Sequence record: SRR22947725_499 | DNA length: 52,806 nucleotides | Reading direction: 5' to 3' (one strand) | Shown here: positions 1 to 8,167 of the stretch, one piece after another | Position numbering within the stretch: position 1 is the first letter of the stretch | How the letters are laid out: the number at the start of each line of letters is the position of its first letter | Notes under the pieces: model-generated | The model's input: the letters and a program-made list of their open reading frames with translations, nothing else | What the model was told of the DNA's origin: nothing | Database searches by the model: none | Program-made: the position numbers and the translations under genes

Positions 1-69
1 CCTACTAGGGCTCGAACCTAGACTCTTCTGAACCAAAATCAGACGTGTTGCCAGTTACACCATAGGCCA
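1..69 (-). tRNA. tRNA-Gln(UUG), last few 3' bases cut by window edge
   Basis: Minus strand reads TGGCCTA TG GTGTAACTGGCAACAC G TCTGA-TT-TTG-GT-TCAGA AGAGT CTAGG-TTCGAGC-CCTAG TAGG; D, anticodon and T arms all pair. Confidence 0.95.
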
Positions 70-116
70 AAATTTCAAATTCCGTTTTAAGTCGGAAAAA
101 CACTCACTTCAAAAAC

Positions 117-200
117 GGTCTGATTTTGAATCAGACCTGCCTGCGGCAGGCAGGCGTGTTGCCCGCTTGGCTGCCTTTGGTAGCTTACACCATAGGCCAA
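117..200 (-). pseudogene. Degenerate duplicate of the tRNA-Gln 5' half, interrupted by two hairpin insertions
   Basis: Plus-strand blocks TTACACCATAGGCCAA (185-200), CGTGTTGCC (155-163) and AATCAGA (129-135) match 55-70, 44-52 and 37-43. Inserts at 136-154 and 164-184; no T arm. Confidence 0.9.
136..154. repeat. Perfect GC-rich palindrome CCTGCCTGC-G-GCAGGCAGG (REP-like)
   Basis: 9-bp arms with a 1-nt centre; absent at the equivalent position of the intact tRNA. Confidence 0.9.
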
Positions 201-208
201 TGAGGCTG

Positions 209-216
209 CAAAAATA
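209..216 (-). promoter_or_regulatory. Bacteroidota -7 promoter element for the pseudo-tRNA/tRNA-Gln unit
   Basis: TATTTTTG (TAnnTTTG) on the minus strand, 8 nt before the tRNA-like copy. Confidence 0.7.
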
Positions 217-301
217 AGATAAAGTTTTTGTTGCACCAATAGTTTAAAAAATCTTGTGTGTGTTTTTATAGAAATTGTACTTTTATCCCTTAACTAAATC
301 T

Positions 302-3300
302 ATGAATTTTAGAACGGGGAACTCCCTTTCAGGTTGGTTTGTGTTTTTTGTAGCACTCACCACCTATTACCTTACCGTTGAGCCCACTGCAAGCTACTGG
401 GATTGTAGTGAGTATATTGCCACTTCGGCAAAATTACAGGTTGGGCATCCCCCAGGCGCTCCATTATTCCAAATGATTGGTGCGGTCTTATCCTCTTTTG
501 CAAGTAGCCCCGAAAGCGTGGCTTTCTGGGTGAATATGATGTCAGTACTTGCTAGTGCATTCACCATTTTATTTTTGTTCTGGTCCACTACGCGTGTCAT
601 TACACGTTTTGTGATTAAAGACGAGAATCCCACGGGAACAACTGCCTTTTTAGTTTTAGGCGCAGGGGTTGTAGGAGCCCTAAGCTATACCTTTTCGGAT
701 AGTTTCTGGTTTAACGCTGTTGAGGCCGAAGTTTATGCCATGGCCATGCTTATTACTTCAGCCATGTTTTGGTTGGGGTTACGCTGGGAGGCAGACATGC
801 TAAAACCACGGGGTGATCGCTGGTTGGTACTTATCGCTTTTTTGATTGGCCTTTGTTTTGGCGTACACTTTATGGGCTTGCTCACTGTTCCTGCCATCGG
901 TATGCTCTACTACTTTAGGCATTATCCGTTTACATGGAAGTCGTTTGTCATTGCCAATGCAGTATCAATTGCTGTACTACTTTTTATCTTTAAATTGTTA
1001 TTACCGCTAACTCTCGCTTACTTCGCAAATGCTGAGGTATTTTTTATAAACTCATTTGGCCTACCCTTTAACTCAGGAACAATCATTGCTGGGATTTCTA
1101 TTGTCGCATTTTTTGTTTGGATTTTGCGTCTTACACATCAAAAAAAATGGGTACAAGTCAACACAGGCTTGTGGTGTGTGGTCTTTATTTTGATAGGCTT
1201 TTCATCGTGGATTATGCTCCCTATTCGAGCTAACGCCAATACAGTCATTAATGAGAATGCCCCTACAGACGCACGGGCATTACTAGCGTATTATAACTTA
1301 GAACAGTATCCAGAAACGCACTTATTCTATGGTCCTATGTATACCGACATGTATGCGGGGCAAGACGAAGACGACCCTTACAAAGACGACAAGCCCAAGT
1401 ATGAAAAAGATTTTAAAAAAGGGCGTTACGTTATTGTAAATCCGTGGAAAGACGCAAGAATAAACGCAAATAGTGAGCATACTGGATTATTGCCCCGTAT
1501 GTGGAGTACGGGGAATACCGTCAACTACATTACCTATTATGGTGCGCCCAATTTTGACGTCAAACCGGAATACCGCAATCAAGAGAAACTTATTGATGCA
1601 ATAAATGATTTTATTGGGCAGGTAAATAACCAAGAGGTAGATGCCAATGGTTATCACCAATTTTTACAACGGTTTGGTTCTTACCTAGACATTGAAAAGC
1701 CAAGTTTACTGGATAACCTAAACTACTTGTTTACCTTTCAGATAAACTATATGTACTTCCGCTATTTTATGTGGAATTTTGCTGGAAAGCAAAACGATGA
1801 ACAGGGAAAACTCGATCCATTTAATGGAAACTGGATAAGTGGAATTTCATGGCTGGATAGCTTTCGTTTAGGGCCTCAAAACAATCTTTATGAGGATGCC
1901 AAAAACAATAAAGGCCGCAACACCTATTATATGTTACCCCTCTTTTTGGGGCTATTGGGGGCGTTGTTTTTATATCAGCAAGACAAAAAACGCTTTTGGG
2001 TGTTGTTGGTGTTTTTTCTGTTTACAGGGCTAGCATTAAAAGTATACCTTAATGAACGTGTTTTTGAACCTCGAGAACGCGACTATGCTTTAGTGGGTTC
2101 GTTTTACGTATTTGCCATGTGTATTGGTATTGGTGTAGTTGCCCTTGCGGATAGTCTAAAGAAATTCCTATCGGTTCGTGTGGCAGTGCCAAGTGCAGTC
2201 ATTCTTTGCCTACTAGCAGTGCCCGTACTTATGGGATCGCAAAACTGGGACGATCACAATCGCTCTGGGCGCTACACGGCACAATCAACCGCAAAAGCCT
2301 ACCTCGACTCGATTGAAGAGGATAAAGATGCCATGATTTTTACCATTGGTGACAACGACACCTTTGCGTTGTGGTATGCCCAAGAAATTGAGGAATATCG
2401 TACCGATGTACGCAGCATCAATACCCAGCTACTGGCTACAGATTGGTACATCGACCAACTCAAGCGAAAAACCTATGAAAGTTCTCCGATTCCATCGCAA
2501 CTTACCCATAGTCAATATACCCACGGCACGCGAGATTATGTAAAGTACGAAGCACTTATTGACAGTGTTCGTTGGGATTTGGGTGATTTTATGGATTGGG
2601 TGGCTAGTGACAACCCCCGCACACGGTATAAACATCTACTTCAACAATACGAAGTAGACATTGAAAGAATTCCTGAAGGGACTCAACAAATGGTGTATTA
2701 TCCTACCAATAAAATTAGGGTGCCTGTCAATAAAGAAAATGTACTCAAAAGCGGTGTGGTAAAACTCGAGGATGCGGATCTTATTGTAGATTACATTGAC
2801 ATTGATTTACCCGAATCTGGCATGTATAAAAACCGGATTATGATGCTCGATATGTTGCGAAATAACGACTGGAAACGTCCTATTTACTTTACTGGAGGCA
2901 GCTATGATGACGCAGAATATATATGGATGAAGGAATACCTTCAATTAGAAGGATTGGTTTACAAGCTTGTTCCCATCAAAACTCCTGAAAATCCAAAAAA
3001 TCCTTACCAAATGGGACGGATAGACACAGACAATATGTACGAAATTGTCAAAAAATGGGATTGGGGAAATGCGAATAGCCCAGATATTTACCACGATCCT
3101 GAAACGCGTAAAAACAGCATTTCATTTCGCAGCAACTTGGCGCGCTTAGCAGAACAGTTAGTTGAAGAAAACAAAGCTGAAAAAGCCATTGAAATTTTAG
3201 ATTTGGCAATGGAGCAAATGCCCCTTGATTACTTTGGTTATTACAGCTTGGTTACCCCAATAGCTGCAACCTACTATCAAGCTGGGGAATCCGAAAAAGG

Positions 3301-3823
3301 AGGTGCGTTAACAGCCCAACTTGCTGAAAAGTACAGCGATAGACTACGCTATTACACCTCGTTTAGTACTGCAGAGCAGCAGCGTTATACAGAAACTATA
3401 TTAATCGATGTAGAACGTTATCGTGCGGTAGTTGATGTGGCCGTTAGTGCTGAAGACACTAATCAAGCACATCAATTGGTTCAGGGTTTTATTGAAAACA
3501 CCCGTGCAACAGCACCGCTATATTCGGCCTACGATTATTATACTCCATTGATGCCCTACATGGGTGTGCTATTTGATGCAGCTATGCCCGAATCTGGGCG
3601 CTTGTTATTCGATGCCATTGCTCAAGTTTACAGCAACAGACTATCGCTATTTAGTCAAGTTCCAGAAGAAGAACTAACTTATTATAAAGAAAGTATTTAC
3701 GTTGAAATTAGTGGATATAAGGATCTTTTGGAGGCCTACCAATCTCTTGAGCCCGATTTGGAACGGGTAGCAAAAGCGAATGCGGCATTTAAAAAGTCTG
3801 TTGGGCCGTATATAGGAGACTAA
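302..3823 (+). CDS. DUF2723 membrane protein (TMEM260-like GT-C glycosyltransferase)
   Basis: WDCSEYIA..LQVGHPPGAPLF, AVEAEVYA, PRERDYA and GDNDTFALWY motifs; many TM helices. ATG at 302 preferred over TTG at 275. Confidence 0.85.
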   Translation: MNFRTGNSLSGWFVFFVALTTYYLTVEPTASYWDCSEYIATSAKLQVGHPPGAPLFQMIGAVLSSFASSPESVAFWVNMMSVLASAFTILFLFWSTTRVITRFVIKDENPTGTTAFLVLGAGVVGALSYTFSDSFWFNAVEAEVYAMAMLITSAMFWLGLRWEADMLKPRGDRWLVLIAFLIGLCFGVHFMGLLTVPAIGMLYYFRHYPFTWKSFVIANAVSIAVLLFIFKLLLPLTLAYFANAEVFFINSFGLPFNSGTIIAGISIVAFFVWILRLTHQKKWVQVNTGLWCVVFILIGFSSWIMLPIRANANTVINENAPTDARALLAYYNLEQYPETHLFYGPMYTDMYAGQDEDDPYKDDKPKYEKDFKKGRYVIVNPWKDARINANSEHTGLLPRMWSTGNTVNYITYYGAPNFDVKPEYRNQEKLIDAINDFIGQVNNQEVDANGYHQFLQRFGSYLDIEKPSLLDNLNYLFTFQINYMYFRYFMWNFAGKQNDEQGKLDPFNGNWISGISWLDSFRLGPQNNLYEDAKNNKGRNTYYMLPLFLGLLGALFLYQQDKKRFWVLLVFFLFTGLALKVYLNERVFEPRERDYALVGSFYVFAMCIGIGVVALADSLKKFLSVRVAVPSAVILCLLAVPVLMGSQNWDDHNRSGRYTAQSTAKAYLDSIEEDKDAMIFTIGDNDTFALWYAQEIEEYRTDVRSINTQLLATDWYIDQLKRKTYESSPIPSQLTHSQYTHGTRDYVKYEALIDSVRWDLGDFMDWVASDNPRTRYKHLLQQYEVDIERIPEGTQQMVYYPTNKIRVPVNKENVLKSGVVKLEDADLIVDYIDIDLPESGMYKNRIMMLDMLRNNDWKRPIYFTGGSYDDAEYIWMKEYLQLEGLVYKLVPIKTPENPKNPYQMGRIDTDNMYEIVKKWDWGNANSPDIYHDPETRKNSISFRSNLARLAEQLVEENKAEKAIEILDLAMEQMPLDYFGYYSLVTPIAATYYQAGESEKGGALTAQLAEKYSDRLRYYTSFSTAEQQRYTETILIDVERYRAVVDVAVSAEDTNQAHQLVQGFIENTRATAPLYSAYDYYTPLMPYMGVLFDAAMPESGRLLFDAIAQVYSNRLSLFSQVPEEELTYYKESIYVEISGYKDLLEAYQSLEPDLERVAKANAAFKKSVGPYIGD

Positions 3824-4116
3824 ACAAAGTCTTTCATCAAGCCGATTAATGTATTGGCATCTTGTTCTCCGCTCTGGCGCCATACCATCTCTCCCGATTT
3901 ATAAATCATGAGCGTTGGAAGCCCCTTTACACGCAATGCTTCGGCAAGCTTTGGGTTTTTGTCCACATCTATTTTAACGACTTTACCAGCATCGCCCATT
4001 GCAGCAGCTACATCACGAAGTACCGCATGCATTTGAACGGATGGGTCATTCCAGTCTGTATAAAAGCTTAACAGAATGGGCGCATTTGCGTCAATTAATT
4101 CACCAAACTTAGACAT
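3820..4116 (-). CDS. Thioredoxin-fold protein lacking CXXC (WNDPS)
   Basis: LLSFYTDW, VVKIDVDKNPKLA and VKGLPTLMIYK Trx signature. A -7 element TATTTTTG at 4135-4142 supports the start at 4116. Confidence 0.85.
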   Translation of the reverse strand: MSKFGELIDANAPILLSFYTDWNDPSVQMHAVLRDVAAAMGDAGKVVKIDVDKNPKLAEALRVKGLPTLMIYKSGEMVWRQSGEQDANTLIGLMKDFV

Positions 4117-4267
4117 AGTGTCGGTTTTACAGTACAAAAATACGTTTTTTCCACAACTCAATGAATTCTGATAAAATCTGCCAATAGGAAAAGTACACCC
4201 TACAAAACGTTTCGTTTTTTTACCTTTACCAATAGTTCTTAGTATTTGCATAACTCTTTTCTATTCC

Positions 4268-7069
4268 ATGGCACAAAAACGACTATTTCTTTTAGATGCA
4301 TTTGCACTTATTTTTCGTGGGTATTATGCTTTTATCAAAAACCCACGTATCAATTCTAAAGGCATGGATACCAGTGCCATATTGGGCTTTACCAATTCGC
4401 TGTTCGACGTTATTAAGCGCGAACGCCCCGACTATTTGGCCGTAGCTTTTGACAAAGGAGGTTCTAAAGTACGTAACGAGCTTTTTACAGACTACAAAGC
4501 CAATCGGTCAGAGACCCCAGAGGCCATAAAAATTGCTGTTCCCTACATCCAAAACTTACTAAGAGCCTTGAATATTCCTGTTGTTGAATTGGAAGGCTTT
4601 GAAGCAGATGACATCATTGGAACACTCGCCAAACAAGCCGAAAAAGAAGCTTTTCAAGTATTTATGGTAACCCCCGACAAAGATTTCGCGCAATTGGTTT
4701 CAGAAAATATTTTTATGTACCGCCCAGCACGCATGGGAAATGGGATTGAAATTTGGGGGATTCCTGAAGTACAAAAGAAGTTTGAAGTAGAGCGCCCCGA
4801 ACAAGTCATTGATTATTTGGGCATGATGGGCGATGCGGTAGACAACATTCCAGGACTTCCTGGAGTTGGCGACAAAACCGCAAAAAAGTTTTTAGCGCAA
4901 TACGGCAGTATGGAAACGCTTTTAGAAAATACGGCTGACTTAAAGGGTAAAATGAAAGAACGCGTTGAGGCCAATAAAGAATTGGGGGTCTTGTCCAAAA
5001 AACTCGCCCGGATTTTACTAGATGTTCCCGTACAGTTTGATGCCGAATCTTATATTCTTAGTGAACCAGATGTGGAAGCCGTACGCTCCATTTTTTTGGA
5101 ACTTGAATTTAGACGACTTAGCGAATCTTTTGTGAAAATATTTAATCCTGCGCAAGCCGTTGAATCACCCAAAGAAGCTGAGAAACAGGCACCTGCAATG
5201 GCCTTTGACTTATTTAATCAACCAGGAGGAGGGCAAGCCGAAAGCGTTTCAGCATTTAAGTCGTTAACCTCCACAGCGCACCACTACCAATGTGTTGGTA
5301 CTGAAATGGAACGCATGTTGTTGCTTAAAACCCTTATGCAGCAAAAAAGCGTGTGCTTTGATACAGAAACTACCGGCCTTGACCCCATAACAGCTGAACT
5401 TGTGGGAATCGCTTTTAGTTGGCAAGCGCATACGGGATACTATGTGCCCATACCAGAAAACGAAGCAGAACGTAACATTATCCTTGAAGCCTTAAAGCCG
5501 TTCTTTGCCGATGCTGCAATAGAAAAGGTTGGGCAAAATTTAAAGTTTGACATTAAAGTCATGCAGCAACACGGCGTAGTGGTAAAAGGCCCACTGTTTG
5601 ATACCATGCTTGCACATTATATCATCAACCCCGATATGCGCCACAATATGGATATTTTGGCTGAAACCTATTTGGGTTATCGGCCCAAGCCCATTACAGA
5701 TTTGATTGGTAAAAAGGGTAAAAATCAAGGTTCGATGCGCGATGTCCCTTTGGATCAACAAACGGAGTACGCTGCCGAAGATGCCGATATTACTTGGCAA
5801 CTTAAAGAGCATTTTGAAGTCGAGCTAGGTAAAACCGAACAAAGAAAGCTATTGGACGAGGTAGAACATCCGTTGGTGGGTGTTCTTGCTGCTATGGAAC
5901 TGGCAGGAATTGGGATTGATGTACCGTACTTGAATACCATGGCTACACAATTAGAACAAGAAGCAAAGGCATTAGAAGCGCGTGTTTTTGAACAAGCGGG
6001 TGAAGCATTTAACCTTGCTTCCCCAAAACAATTGGGTGTCATTTTGTTTGACAAACTAAAACTTGTAGACAAACCCAAGAAAACAAAAACAGGACAGTAT
6101 TCCACGGCAGAAGACGTCTTGTCTTTCTTAGCCAAGGATCACCCTATAATCGCGGATATTTTGGAATGGCGAAGTGTCCAAAAACTAAACAATACCTATG
6201 TTTCAGCTTTGCCTGAAGATGTAAATCCAAAAACCCAACGTATCCATACGATATATAACCAAGCGGTAGCTGCAACGGGCAGGCTCAGTAGCAACCACCC
6301 CAACTTGCAAAATATACCTATTAGAACCCCACGTGGGCAACAAGTGCGAAAAGCCTTTATAGCCAAAGATGCAAACCATGTATTGGTCGCTGCGGATTAC
6401 TCTCAAATTGAGCTCCGTATTATCGCATCACTAAGCGAAGATCCAAATATGTTGGCTGCTTTTCAAAACAACGAAGACATTCATGCGGCTACAGCTGCTC
6501 GAGTTTTTGGTGTTCCACTAGGCGAAGTAACCCGAGAACAACGTAGCCAAGCCAAAACGGTAAACTTTGGAATCATATATGGCGTGTCTGCATTTGGGCT
6601 TAGTAACCAAACGACGCTTAACCGCACTGAAGCCAAAGCGCTTATCGATGCCTATTATGAAAGTTATCCCAAGCTTAGAGAATACATGAGCGATCAAGTA
6701 AACTTTGCTCGTGAGAACGGCTATGTGGCAACGGTTTTGGGTAGAAGACGTTATCTAAAAGACATCAACTCACAGAATGCTATTGTTCGCGGAGCTGCTG
6801 AGCGGAATGCTGTAAATGCGCCCATCCAAGGAAGTGCTGCAGATATTATTAAACTTGCCATGCTGCAGATTCATGATCGTATGCAACAAGAGCCATTTAA
6901 AGCTCAAATGTTACTACAAGTACATGATGAATTGGTCTTTGAGTGTCCAAAAACAGAACTAGAATCCTTAAAAAAACTCATAAAAACAGCGATGGAAGAG
7001 GCCTATTCACTTCGAGTGCCATTGACTGTAGATATTGGGATTGGGGACAATTGGCTGGAGGCGCATTGA
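4268..7069 (+). CDS. polA: DNA polymerase I
   Basis: 5'-3' exo N-terminus, FDTETTGL, DYSQIELR, AKTVNFGIIYG, LQVHDELVFE. Confidence 0.98.
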   Translation: MAQKRLFLLDAFALIFRGYYAFIKNPRINSKGMDTSAILGFTNSLFDVIKRERPDYLAVAFDKGGSKVRNELFTDYKANRSETPEAIKIAVPYIQNLLRALNIPVVELEGFEADDIIGTLAKQAEKEAFQVFMVTPDKDFAQLVSENIFMYRPARMGNGIEIWGIPEVQKKFEVERPEQVIDYLGMMGDAVDNIPGLPGVGDKTAKKFLAQYGSMETLLENTADLKGKMKERVEANKELGVLSKKLARILLDVPVQFDAESYILSEPDVEAVRSIFLELEFRRLSESFVKIFNPAQAVESPKEAEKQAPAMAFDLFNQPGGGQAESVSAFKSLTSTAHHYQCVGTEMERMLLLKTLMQQKSVCFDTETTGLDPITAELVGIAFSWQAHTGYYVPIPENEAERNIILEALKPFFADAAIEKVGQNLKFDIKVMQQHGVVVKGPLFDTMLAHYIINPDMRHNMDILAETYLGYRPKPITDLIGKKGKNQGSMRDVPLDQQTEYAAEDADITWQLKEHFEVELGKTEQRKLLDEVEHPLVGVLAAMELAGIGIDVPYLNTMATQLEQEAKALEARVFEQAGEAFNLASPKQLGVILFDKLKLVDKPKKTKTGQYSTAEDVLSFLAKDHPIIADILEWRSVQKLNNTYVSALPEDVNPKTQRIHTIYNQAVAATGRLSSNHPNLQNIPIRTPRGQQVRKAFIAKDANHVLVAADYSQIELRIIASLSEDPNMLAAFQNNEDIHAATAARVFGVPLGEVTREQRSQAKTVNFGIIYGVSAFGLSNQTTLNRTEAKALIDAYYESYPKLREYMSDQVNFARENGYVATVLGRRRYLKDINSQNAIVRGAAERNAVNAPIQGSAADIIKLAMLQIHDRMQQEPFKAQMLLQVHDELVFECPKTELESLKKLIKTAMEEAYSLRVPLTVDIGIGDNWLEAH

Positions 7070-7097
7070 TACATCAAAAACAAATCCAAAAAATGGG

Positions 7098-7128
7098 TTT
7101 GCATTATTGGGGATAGTTTGTACATTTG
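7098..7128 (+). promoter_or_regulatory. rplM operon promoter (-33 TTTG, -7 TACATTTG)
   Basis: TTTG 7098-7101, 19-bp spacer, TACATTTG 7121-7128. Confidence 0.75.
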
Positions 7129-7184
7129 CAGCCCGCTAAACAGAGCTATTTTCTGTTTTGTGGTAACGAGCAAAAACATATCCT

Positions 7185-7640
7185 GTGGACTCATTAAGTT
7201 ATAAAACCGTATCCATCAACAAGCAAAACGCTGATAAACAGTGGGTTGTGGTTGATGCCGCCGACCAAATTTTAGGTCGCTTTTCGTCTAAAGTAGCCAA
7301 GCTGCTACGTGGTAAGTACAAGCCTAGCTTTACCCCTCACGTAGATTGTGGCGATAACGTAATTGTTATCAATGCAGAAAAAATCAAGCTTACCGGCAAC
7401 AAATGGACCGATAAAACCTATATCCGCCACACAGGCTATCCTGGAGGACAACGTTCGCTAACTGCTACTGAAGTGTTTGAGAAAGATCCAAACCGCGTAG
7501 TTGAAAAATCCGTTAAGGGTATGCTTCCAAAAAACAAATTAGGCGCTGAATTGTTCCGTAACTTATACGTTGTTACTGGTGCAGAGCACGCTCACGGGGG
7601 TCAAAAGCCTACAGAACTAAACATCAACGAGTTAAACTAA
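7185..7640 (+). CDS. rplM: 50S ribosomal protein L13 (GTG start)
   Basis: LRGKYKPSFTPHVDCGD, HTGYPGG, VKGMLPKN. Confidence 0.98.
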   Translation: MDSLSYKTVSINKQNADKQWVVVDAADQILGRFSSKVAKLLRGKYKPSFTPHVDCGDNVIVINAEKIKLTGNKWTDKTYIRHTGYPGGQRSLTATEVFEKDPNRVVEKSVKGMLPKNKLGAELFRNLYVVTGAEHAHGGQKPTELNINELN

Positions 7641-7641
7641 T

Positions 7642-8028
7642 ATGGAAACCATCCACAAAATTGGTCGTCGCAAAAAAGCCATAGCCAGAGTATTTCTTTC
7701 AGAAGGAAAAGGCGAAATCACGGTAAACAAAAAGCCACTGGCTGAGTACTTTGCACCAGCGATTCTACAATATAAAGTAAATCAACCTTTTGCCTTAACA
7801 GAAACTGCAGGTCAGTATAACCTAAAAGTAACTGTTGTTGGTGGAGGACCTAACGGTCAAGCTGAAGCAGTCCGCTTAGCAATATCCCGTGCGCTTTGTA
7901 CTATTGACGAAGAATATCGTATCGTACTCAAGCCTGAAGGATTGCTTACCCGTGATCCTAGAATGGTTGAGCGTAAGAAATTCGGTCAAAAGAAAGCAAG
8001 GAAAAAATTCCAATTCTCGAAACGTTAA
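7642..8028 (+). CDS. rpsI: 30S ribosomal protein S9
   Basis: GRRKKAIARV, LTRDPRMVERKKFG, FQFSKR. Confidence 0.98.
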   Translation: METIHKIGRRKKAIARVFLSEGKGEITVNKKPLAEYFAPAILQYKVNQPFALTETAGQYNLKVTVVGGGPNGQAEAVRLAISRALCTIDEEYRIVLKPEGLLTRDPRMVERKKFGQKKARKKFQFSKR

Positions 8029-8035
8029 GAGTACC

Positions 8036-8167
8036 ATTGCGTTTACGCAATATCAAGTTCATTTAAATACCATTAATTTGTTGCCATTAGTTTAGCATCT
8101 AAATAGCCAAGGCCGAATAACTCGCCACTTGGATATTGCTAATCAGGGAACGTAAACTATTACAACA
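8036..8167 (+). promoter_or_regulatory. Candidate structured rpsB leader RNA
   Basis: Nested pairings TTAGCA(8092-97)/TGCTAA(8137-42) and CCAAG(8107-11)/CTTGG(8128-32); hairpin ATTGCG/CGCAAT at 8036-8051. Confidence 0.5.

Noticed and set aside
117-200. Functional tRNA-Leu(CAA)
   Set aside because: The CAA loop is present, but there is no T arm or acceptor 3' strand and the D arm is disrupted.
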